The notes beneath the pieces were generated by a model. That model did no database searches and was not told the origin of the DNA. It saw nothing but the letters and a program-made list of their open reading frames with translations. Below are positions 39,993 to 46,999 of a DNA stretch of 46,999 nt, one piece after another (within the stretch, counting starts at the first letter, position 1; each line of letters starts with the position of its first letter). Source of the DNA: Planctomycetaceae bacterium (GTDB lineage: Bacteria > Planctomycetota > Planctomycetia > Pirellulales > Pirellulaceae); assembly GCA_007695205.1 (NCBI GenBank), contig REEF01000690.1, forward strand, positions 1 through 46,999. The letters run 5' to 3'. The translations under genes and the position numbers were made by a program.

Positions 39993-41438
39993 ATGGCTCG
40001 TTTTGTTTTCATGATGGCTGCGTTGATTGTGCTGCTTGCCGGCACTCAACCAACAGTGGCGGACGAGCGACCACCGAACCTAGTGATCATCCTCACCGAC
40101 GATATGGGCTATGCCGATTTGCGAGCGTTTGGAGACTCGGAGATTCCAACGCCACATTTGGATCGGCTGGCAGGGGAAGGAACGCGGTTCACCAACGCAT
40201 ACACGGTCGCGCCGATTTGTGTACCGTCGCGAATGGGACTGCTGAGCGGCAAGTTCCCGGCTCGTTTCGGCGTCTTTAACAACGTCTACAGCTTGCCTTC
40301 CAATGAGCTTTGGGTTCAGCAAACGACGCTTGCAGACGTGCTGCGGAAACGTGGTTATCGTACGGCGAATATCGGTAAGTGGCATCTTAGCGGCAACTCC
40401 AGTGCCGATAGCGGTAATGAACTGGGGGGCTTTGTATTCAAACCTCCGCATGAACGTGGCTTTGACGAATTCGTCGGGATTACTGGTGGAATGCATGATT
40501 TTTGGAAAGGAACCGGCCTAGCACGATTCAAAGACGGAAGATATGAACGGTTTGAATCGCCCGACTATCTGACCGACTTCTTCGGCACCGAGGCTTGCGA
40601 TTTCATTCAGCGCAACAAATCGCAGCCATTCTTTCTTTATCTCGCGTTCAATGCGCCGCACGCACCTCTACACGGACTTGATGAAGATCAAGCTGCAATC
40701 GAAACGTCGGAAATCAGCCCGAATCGCCGTAAGTACGCCGCGATGGTCCGCGCTATCGACCGCAATGTCGGACGTGTGATGCAAACCCTACACAACCTTG
40801 GTCTCGCCGAGACGACGCTTACTGTGTTTCTCAACGACAACGGTGGCGGTGGCAATAACGCGGCCAGCCACACTCGCAATACCGCCATCAATCGCCCCTA
40901 TCGCGGCCACAAGTTCGACGTTTGGGAAGGAGGCATACGAATCCCCTTCATTCTGCACTGGCCAAATCATGTGCCGGCGGGCCGAAGTTGCGATGGAATT
41001 GTCAGCAGTATGGACGTGTTTCCCACATTCGCCAAAGCGGCCGCGGCTGAACTGCCCACGGATCTCGATGGTGTGGATCTGTTGCCATTCGCGACCGCGA
41101 AGCAGGCTGGAGATGCGCATGAAGCCCTATATTGGCAACAGCAGGTGTGGTCACGTCCCAACGAACGCAAGCCCGGTCCGAACTACCCACAGCCGGCCTA
41201 CAATCTCGCCATCCGCAGCGGAAGGTGGAAAGCCGTGAAACAGGACCAACCGTTTGACGGCACGAATCACGGTCGAGCCTGGGAACTTTATAACCTGAGT
41301 CGCGACCCCTCCGAACTGAACGACATTGCCTCTGAGTTTCCCGAAAAGGCCCAGCAACTCAGTGATGCCTTCTTCGCGTGGCAGAAGAGGATGCCGAAAC
41401 CGATGCATGATTCAAAATCAAGTGATGCAAAGAAGTAG
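39993..41438 (+). CDS. Sulfatase (Cys-type, S1 family; different subfamily from the other two)
   Basis: Signal MARFVFMMAALIVLLAGTQPTVA. Motifs: PNLVIILTDDMGYADL, the CxPSR motif APICVPSRMGLLSG, GKWHLSG, LAFNAPHAPL, VFLNDNGG. Confidence 0.9.
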   Translation: MARFVFMMAALIVLLAGTQPTVADERPPNLVIILTDDMGYADLRAFGDSEIPTPHLDRLAGEGTRFTNAYTVAPICVPSRMGLLSGKFPARFGVFNNVYSLPSNELWVQQTTLADVLRKRGYRTANIGKWHLSGNSSADSGNELGGFVFKPPHERGFDEFVGITGGMHDFWKGTGLARFKDGRYERFESPDYLTDFFGTEACDFIQRNKSQPFFLYLAFNAPHAPLHGLDEDQAAIETSEISPNRRKYAAMVRAIDRNVGRVMQTLHNLGLAETTLTVFLNDNGGGGNNAASHTRNTAINRPYRGHKFDVWEGGIRIPFILHWPNHVPAGRSCDGIVSSMDVFPTFAKAAAAELPTDLDGVDLLPFATAKQAGDAHEALYWQQQVWSRPNERKPGPNYPQPAYNLAIRSGRWKAVKQDQPFDGTNHGRAWELYNLSRDPSELNDIASEFPEKAQQLSDAFFAWQKRMPKPMHDSKSSDAKK

Positions 41439-41476
41439 TCTCCGTAAACCTACGAAACAAAAAGACAAAGTGCTGC

Positions 41477-42565
41477 ATGAAAAGTAATACACGGGAAATC
41501 GACCGCCTCCCCACTCGCCGCGAGGCTCTAGTTGGGATGATGGCGGTGGCAACAGCAATGGGGACGGTAGCTTTTGCTACAGAGACGCCGCAACGCAGCC
41601 GCTTGGGATTAGTCGCCTACAACTGCGCGTTCCGGCGCAAGTGGATGCAGCAGCGCGATCCGAAGTTTGATCTCTTTGAGCCGCTGACTTTTTTGAAGCA
41701 CTGTCGCGATGTTGGCGCGGGCGGGATGCAGACATCGCTCGGAGTGCTCGATGCGGCGCGCGTGAAATCGCTGCGAGACTTCGCCGACGAACAGAAACTC
41801 TTCATCGACGGCATCGTCAATCCGCCGAAGGACAACGCGGATCTCGCGCGGTTCGAAGCCGAGATTCGCACGGCGGCGGAAGTCGGAGTGCAGGCCGTTC
41901 GCACGGTCGCCATGCCGGGGCGGCGGTATGAGCAATTCAAGTCGCTGGCCGAAGTTCGTGAGGCCGAAGCGAACGCAGTGAAGATGCTCGAACTCGCCGC
42001 GCCGATTGTAACCAAGCATCGCGTCAACCTCGCGGTCGAAAACCACAAGGATCAACGTATCGATGAACGTCTCTCGCTTTACAAGCACCTGAGCTGCGAG
42101 TTCATCGGCGCAACGGTCGACACCGGCAACAGCTTCGCGCTGCTCGATGATCCGTATGGCGCCATCGAGGCACTCGCGCCGTACGCTTTCACCGTTCACT
42201 TGAAAGATCAATCGCTTCGAGAAAACGCCGAGGGTTTCCTACTGGGCGATATTCCGCTCGGCCAAGGCGGGTTCGATTTGAAACGCATGGTTGCGATCCT
42301 TAAGCGGGCGAAACCCAATATTCGCATGACGCTGGAACTCATCACCCGCGACCCGCTCAATGTACCGTGTCTCACCGACAAGTTCTGGGCGACGATGCCG
42401 CATGTTTCGGGCAACGATCTCGCGCGGACGCTCCGTTACGTGCGCGAACATCCGGCGAAGACGCTGCAAGAAGTCGGTTCGTTGTCGCTGGAAAAGCAGG
42501 TCGAACTCGAAGACGCGAACATTGCCGCCAGTTTGAAATACGCACGCGAGGAGTTGTCGCTATGA
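41477..42565 (+). CDS. TAT-exported sugar phosphate isomerase/epimerase (xylose-isomerase-like TIM barrel)
   Basis: Leader LPTRREALVGMMAVATAMGTVAFA. Motifs: LAVENHKD, VDTGNSFAL, VHLKD and LELITRD. Confidence 0.8.
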   Translation: MKSNTREIDRLPTRREALVGMMAVATAMGTVAFATETPQRSRLGLVAYNCAFRRKWMQQRDPKFDLFEPLTFLKHCRDVGAGGMQTSLGVLDAARVKSLRDFADEQKLFIDGIVNPPKDNADLARFEAEIRTAAEVGVQAVRTVAMPGRRYEQFKSLAEVREAEANAVKMLELAAPIVTKHRVNLAVENHKDQRIDERLSLYKHLSCEFIGATVDTGNSFALLDDPYGAIEALAPYAFTVHLKDQSLRENAEGFLLGDIPLGQGGFDLKRMVAILKRAKPNIRMTLELITRDPLNVPCLTDKFWATMPHVSGNDLARTLRYVREHPAKTLQEVGSLSLEKQVELEDANIAASLKYAREELSL

Positions 42566-43935
42566 AGTTGTCTCGTCGCGAGTTTCTGGGAGCGGTCGGC
42601 ATCGCAACCGCCTCTTCAGCAATGACGAAAGCCGAACCGGCTCGATCGGCAAGTAACATCGTGCGCGTCGGCGTGATTGGTACCGGCGTGCGCGGGAAGT
42701 ATCTGATCGGTAACTTGCCCGATTCCGTCCGCGTCACGGCGATCTGCGATTGCGCCACGATTCGCATGGAAAGCACACTCACACCCAAAGGCGCGTTCGC
42801 GTCCGTATTGCAACAGTTCAAAGAACGTGATGCCGCCCACTGCGCGACGCATCAGGATTACCGCCGCATGTTCGATCGTGAGAAGCTCGACGCGGTCATC
42901 ATTGCGACACCGGACCATCATCACACGCTACCCGCGATGCTCGCGCTGCAAGCCGGTTTGGATGTCTATCTCGAAAAGCCGTTGACCGTCTGCGTTCGCG
43001 AAGGCCGTTTGTTGGCAGACGCCGTGAAGAAGACGGGCCGAGTTCTGCAAGTCGGCAGCCAACAACGCACGATGGAAGTGAATCGCTTTGCATGCGAATT
43101 TATCCGCAACGGCGGTTTGGGGATGATCACAAAAGTCGAATTGCCGAACTATCCGGGGCCGTTACGAGTGCCGTCGCTCGACGAAGAGCCTACGTTCGGT
43201 GGAGTGGACTTCAACTTGTTCTGCGGCCCCGTTCCACTGCGACCGCATCATCGCAATCTGTGGATGAAGGAAGACTTCAAAGTTGGCGACCTGCTGTGGC
43301 GCGGCTGGGATTTGTTTCGCGATTTCTCCGGCCACATGATGACAAATTGGGGTGGCCATTCGGTCGATATGGTGCAGTTCGCGCTCGGTCACGACGACAC
43401 CGGTCCGGTTGATGTGCGTGCGATCGAGCCTTCGTCCGTCACTGAGCTGTGGCTGCGTTGGAAGGACAAGACACCGCAACCAATCGGCGACGCGTCCGAT
43501 CGTCGCTTCTGGCCGGTGACGATGAAGTATGCCGACGGGATCGAGTTGCAGTTTATCCACGGCCCCGACTTTATCGTCTTTCACGGCGAGAAGGGCCGCC
43601 TAAAGATGCGGCGCAACTACTTCGAGACCGATCCGCCCGGACTCGTCACCAGCGTCCCCGATGCCGCAGCAGCCGACAAATGGAAAGGAGGCGGTCACAT
43701 CGCTCGCCCACATTTGGAAAACTGGCTCGAAGCGATCCGCACGTCATCGAAGCTCAATGCCCCTGTTGAAGCCGGACACCGGACCGCCACAATTTGCCAC
43801 TTGGCGAATCTGGCCCGCGAGTTAAATCGCCCGTTGACCTGGGATCCGAGACACGAGCGGTTCATTGCCGATCCAGACGCCGACACCCTGCTGAATCGTC
43901 CGCGACGACGTGGCTTTGAGCTGCCAAATGTCTAA
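42562..43935 (+). CDS. TAT-exported Gfo/Idh/MocA family oxidoreductase
   Basis: ATG 42562 overlaps the upstream stop (ATGA). Leader MKLSRREFLGAVGIATASSAMTKA. Motifs: VGVIGTGVRGKYL, DAVIIATPDHHH, VYLEKPL. Confidence 0.85.
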   Translation: MKLSRREFLGAVGIATASSAMTKAEPARSASNIVRVGVIGTGVRGKYLIGNLPDSVRVTAICDCATIRMESTLTPKGAFASVLQQFKERDAAHCATHQDYRRMFDREKLDAVIIATPDHHHTLPAMLALQAGLDVYLEKPLTVCVREGRLLADAVKKTGRVLQVGSQQRTMEVNRFACEFIRNGGLGMITKVELPNYPGPLRVPSLDEEPTFGGVDFNLFCGPVPLRPHHRNLWMKEDFKVGDLLWRGWDLFRDFSGHMMTNWGGHSVDMVQFALGHDDTGPVDVRAIEPSSVTELWLRWKDKTPQPIGDASDRRFWPVTMKYADGIELQFIHGPDFIVFHGEKGRLKMRRNYFETDPPGLVTSVPDAAAADKWKGGGHIARPHLENWLEAIRTSSKLNAPVEAGHRTATICHLANLARELNRPLTWDPRHERFIADPDADTLLNRPRRRGFELPNV

Positions 43936-44026
43936 ATTGCGGTGTGGGATTGCGCTCCGAATACAACCAAAGCATCGTCGATACGACTAAACAATTCGAA
44001 TAAACATTTTTCTGGGGGCTGCGAGT

Positions 44027-44797
44027 ATGACAGGGTTGAAGCAGTTTGACTTGACGGGGCGCGTGGCGGTTGTCACGGGCGGTTCGAAGGGATTGGGATT
44101 GTCGATGGCAACCGGCTTGGCGTCGGCCGGCGCCGAGATCGTGATCGTCAGCCGCCACGAGGCTGAGGCAATAGCGGTTGCCGAGCAACTGGCGACACAA
44201 TTCGGTCGTCGTGCGATCGGCGTACAGGCAGACGTTGTGGTCGAAGCAGATACCAAGGCCTTGGCTGACCGGGTGATGCAAATGTTCGGCCGCATCGACA
44301 TTCTGATTAACAATGCGGGCATCAACATCCGCGGCTCGATCGACGCCTTAACGCTCGATCAGTTCCGCCAAGTACAACAGGTAAACGTCGAAGGCGTGTG
44401 GCTGGCGTGCAAGGCGGTCATTCCTCACATGAAGTCGAACAAATCGGGACGAATCATCAATCTTGCCAGTGCCCTTGGAGCGGTGGGCATGCCCGATCGC
44501 ACACCGTACTGCACGAGCAAAGGGGCGGTCGTACAGATGACTCGAGCGCTGGCCGCCGAGTTGGCACCGTTCAACATTACGGTGAATGCGATTCTGCCCG
44601 GGCCGTTTCTCACCGAGATGAACGTGCCGGTGAAAGACGATCCGCAATTCAAGCAATTTATCCTCGGTTCGACATCTCTCGGACGTTGGGGCGAGTTGCA
44701 CGAGATTCAAGGCGCGGCGCTGTACCTGGCATCGGACGCTTCGAGCTATACCACGGGATGTATGCTGGCCGTCGACGGGGGATGGACGGCGCGATGA
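44027..44797 (+). CDS. SDR family oxidoreductase
   Basis: Motifs: GRVAVVTGGSKGLGLSMATGL, NNAGI, YCTSKGAV, ITVNAILPG and TTGCMLAVDGGW. Confidence 0.9.
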   Translation: MTGLKQFDLTGRVAVVTGGSKGLGLSMATGLASAGAEIVIVSRHEAEAIAVAEQLATQFGRRAIGVQADVVVEADTKALADRVMQMFGRIDILINNAGINIRGSIDALTLDQFRQVQQVNVEGVWLACKAVIPHMKSNKSGRIINLASALGAVGMPDRTPYCTSKGAVVQMTRALAAELAPFNITVNAILPGPFLTEMNVPVKDDPQFKQFILGSTSLGRWGELHEIQGAALYLASDASSYTTGCMLAVDGGWTAR

Positions 44798-44811
44798 ACC
44801 AAGATCGCGTA

Positions 44812-45081
44812 CAGACCGGCGACATCGCTTGTTTCCGCCGCCAGCCCGAACGGATCGATGAGAGCGTGGCAGCCTGCAAAGTTGGCGGCATTCCGATGTA
44901 GCTTCTGTTTTTCCACAGCGGTCGTGCCGGGCGACGTGCCGGGCAACACGCCGATAACGTTGCGAGGCGGAGGAGCAGGCGTGCGGTTGTGCCCACCGCC
45001 GACTCCATCAAACTCGATTGGGACTAGCTCATCATGTGGAATCAGCTGCTCTAAGTTCGTATGATCAGGCGACCACGCTCG
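44812..45081 (-). pseudogene. Relic of the DUF1588/DUF1585 part of a DUF1592-family gene
   Basis: My minus-strand translation is ..HNRTPAPPPRNVIGVLPGTSPGTTAVEKQKLHRNAANFAGCHALIDPFGLAAETSDVAG. It aligns with ..PPPPPPNVGEVEPNIEGKNLTVRERLVQHQKIESCANCHRRIDPYGLAMENFNVIG of paralog 1. The first Cys of CxxCH is replaced (FAGCH). No upstream domains are present, and the frame is closed by TAG just above 45081. Confidence 0.55.
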
Positions 45082-45122
45082 CTAAAAGGAGAGATATCAA
45101 ATGCCAGATAAAGTAAGCCTAA

Positions 45123-45290
45123 TGGTCTGATAGCTGGCTTGATCATTTTGATTGGTCAGTGAACCGTACAGTGATTGTCGGGTTGACTGAGATAGGCGTC
45201 GCTACGGTCAACCTGCTACGCATGAATCGACCGCAATTGGTCGAGGTGCGTTCGCTTTGGGTCATCGTTGGTAAGCATCCACCGAATTGA
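45123..45290 (+). pseudogene. Possible 3' relic of an HNH endonuclease gene
   Basis: The frame opens right after a TAA. It reads WSDSWLDHFDWSVNRTVIVGLTEIGVATVNLLRMNRPQLVEVRSLWVIVGKHPPN*. From memory this resembles the C-terminal W..HF......I.glT..G.aTv.lL.lN.....R..l...G.(Y/H)P tail of a widespread HNH endonuclease family. The HNH motif itself is absent and the local sequence is AT-richer. Confidence 0.4.
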
Positions 45291-45380
45291 GCCGGCAGCC
45301 CCTTTGTTTGAGCGCGTCAATCGGACGAGCGATTCTCCTTCTGGACTTGAGGATGGAGATGGCAGTCAAAAAGCGCCCGA

Positions 45381-46682
45381 TCAAATGCCCGTCAGCCGCT
45401 CTGTCGAATCGCCGAAGCGGTCGAGTTCCAGGCCACCCCACTCCATCAGGCTGAGGAACAGGCTGCACATGCGCCGGTTGGACGAATCGAGGTAGTCGAG
45501 CACGCGGCCGCCGCGGAGCTTGCCGCCGGCGCCGCCAAGCAGGACGATCGGCAACTGCTTCGCGTCATGGTTGCCGTGCAGCATGCTCGAGCAGTGCGCG
45601 ATTGCAGTATTGTCGAGCAATGTGCGGTCTCCTTCCTTGACCTCCGACATTCGCTCGCAGAGGTAGGCCAACTGGGATGTGAAAAACTGGTTGAGTGGGA
45701 TGAGTTCAGGCGGCTGGGTGTGGGCCATCTGGTGATGCTGATCTTTGGCGCCGCAGTGAGTGTGGGTTTCGGCGGAGCCATCGTTGCAATACTTCAGGGT
45801 CGCGATCCGCGTGGTGTCGGTGCGAAAGGCCAGCAGCACGATGTCGTTCATCAGCTTCCAATACTCCGGAATCTCGGCGGGAATCCCATCGGCTGGTCGC
45901 GGGCGATCGGGGGCGGTCAGGGTTGGCTTCCAGCCGTTGGCGTCACGTTGTATGTCTGCGCGTTTGATGCGACCTTCGATCTCCTGAACGCTGCCGAGAT
46001 ACTCCTCGAACCGCTGACGATCCGAGAGGGAGAGCCGCAGACGAAGGGACCGGGCGTCTTCGAGCACCGCATCGACGACTCGGCGGTCGCCACGATTGCG
46101 GTCGGTGCGGAAGAGTTGATCGAACGCCAGCGCCGGACGCGTCTCTGTCCACGTCGGCGACACCGCCGTGCTCCAGGAAATGTGCGAGCTATACAGCAAC
46201 GGATGCCCGTCCTGGAGCCCCGGAATCGGTCCTTCGCAGCCCAGCACCAGCGAAGGGATTCGAGTGCGGTCGCCGATCCGCTGGGCCATCAGTTGATCAA
46301 AACTGACGCCCGTGCGGACTTCGGTTTTCGACATCGGTGCGCCGCTGAGCATGTTCCCCGTCTGCATGCAGTGGATGACCCCGTTGTTGGCCTGCTCATT
46401 CCACAGACCACGCAGGAAGACCAGCCGTTCCTTCCAAGGCTCGAGCGGCTTCAGGCACGGCCCGAGTTCCATCGCTGCGCCGTCTCCTTTGGCCCACCAG
46501 TGCTGCGAGTGAAAGCCCATGCCCGTGAAGGTGACGAGCGTGCGGGTCGGCGGTTGAGCGGCAGCGTTGGTTTTTTCGCCAGCCGCGAACGAGAGCGATT
46601 CGAGCCACGGCAGAGCCATAGATACACCGATCCCGCGCAGCAACGTGCGTCGCGAGATGGTCGAAGCGGATGTGATGTGCAT
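45381..46682 (-). CDS. DUF1552 domain protein with TAT-type leader (orphan, divergent)
   Basis: ATG 46682 gives MHITSASTISRRTLLRGIGVSMALPWLESL. FRTDTTRIATL is present. The H-x-x-S/T-H-H-G motif of the other three copies is replaced by HHQMAHTQ. No DUF1592-type gene lies upstream. Confidence 0.85.
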   Translation of the reverse strand: MHITSASTISRRTLLRGIGVSMALPWLESLSFAAGEKTNAAAQPPTRTLVTFTGMGFHSQHWWAKGDGAAMELGPCLKPLEPWKERLVFLRGLWNEQANNGVIHCMQTGNMLSGAPMSKTEVRTGVSFDQLMAQRIGDRTRIPSLVLGCEGPIPGLQDGHPLLYSSHISWSTAVSPTWTETRPALAFDQLFRTDRNRGDRRVVDAVLEDARSLRLRLSLSDRQRFEEYLGSVQEIEGRIKRADIQRDANGWKPTLTAPDRPRPADGIPAEIPEYWKLMNDIVLLAFRTDTTRIATLKYCNDGSAETHTHCGAKDQHHQMAHTQPPELIPLNQFFTSQLAYLCERMSEVKEGDRTLLDNTAIAHCSSMLHGNHDAKQLPIVLLGGAGGKLRGGRVLDYLDSSNRRMCSLFLSLMEWGGLELDRFGDSTERLTGI

Positions 46683-46785
46683 AGGAATGTTCCTGTGGTG
46701 GAGTGGAGTATTTGATTGTCGGCTTTCGCGTGGAGCCTTTGGATAAATGGTGGCGCAGGTTTGTGGGGAGTGCCGTGAACAAAGC

Positions 46786-46882
46786 AATGATTAATGAGTA
46801 TTGGAAAATGAAAAGTGCAAAAGTGGACAAGAGGCGAGCTGATCAATTTGCATTTTGTATTCTCCAATAACCATTAATCATT
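46786..46882. repeat. AT-rich 97-bp segment bounded by 23-nt inverted repeats (20/23)
   Basis: AATGATTAATGAGTATTGGAAAA (46786-46808) pairs with the reverse complement of TTCTCCAATAACCATTAATCATT (46860-46882). The segment sits 104-200 nt upstream of the orphan DUF1552 start. Confidence 0.6.
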
Positions 46883-46891
46883 CCCGAGTGC

Positions 46892-46952
46892 CGTAGTGGA
46901 ATTCGCCAGAATTCCGTTTGCGCTAACGGGAATTCTGGCGAAGTCCACTACG
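46892..46952. repeat. Family-C palindromic element (two inverted hairpin units)
   Basis: CGTAGTGGAATTCGCCAGAATTCCGTT - tgcgct - AACGGGAATTCTGGCGAAGTCCACTACG. Each arm contains its own GGAATTC/GAATTCC mini-palindrome. Confidence 0.75.
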
Positions 46953-46999
46953 AACATGCTTCACAGCGTTCCCTTTGCCGGCAACAGTCCACGACGCCA

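Overview
This is a 46,999-bp high-GC bacterial window. I saw no rRNA, tRNA, CRISPR array, cas gene or intact transposase. The gene content is the signature I associate with Planctomycetota/Verrucomicrobiota: several DUF1592-type giant proteins each paired with a DUF1552 protein, a PSCyt/DUF1549/DUF1553 + DUF1501 pair, Cys-type sulfatases, and TAT-signal Gfo/Idh/MocA and xylose-isomerase-like TIM-barrel proteins. Layout: (i) 149-6110, minus strand, holds a Uma2 endonuclease and then a GntR/HutC-headed sugar operon (Gfo/Idh/MocA, ROK kinase, DeoC, TAT TIM barrel). (ii) 6282-30576 is a ~24-kb co-directional plus-strand array. It contains LRR-like protein, DUF1592-type protein, DUF1552, FGE-like protein, second LRR-like protein, second DUF1592/DUF1552 pair and third DUF1592-type gene. 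A complete PSCyt/DUF1553 + DUF1501 pair is nested before that third gene's DUF1552 partner. The array ends with a BNR propeller, gene relics, an arylsulfatase and a TIM barrel. (iii) 30603-38258 is an AraC regulator plus an oxidative sugar-acid catabolic operon (Fe-ADH, ALDH, IlvD/Edd dehydratase, FAH-family hydrolase, SDR). (iv) 38349-44797 holds two more sulfatases, a TAT-exported TIM-barrel/Gfo-Idh-MocA pair and an SDR. (v) 44812-46999 is a decay zone (DUF1588 relic, HNH relic), an orphan divergent DUF1552 gene and palindromic repeats. The most interesting points follow. First, the nested, translationally coupled four-gene hybrid of the two 'heme-motif giant protein + TAT partner' families. 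Second, three families of hairpin-forming repeat elements, one inserted in-frame in a coding sequence and showing compensatory stem changes. Third, several internally deleted 'mini-genes' that remain open and keep ATGA start/stop overlaps with both neighbours. Fourth, a perfect palindrome inside a promoter-like element next to the GntR gene. All functional calls come from motif recognition by eye, with no database search, and many start codons are uncertain.
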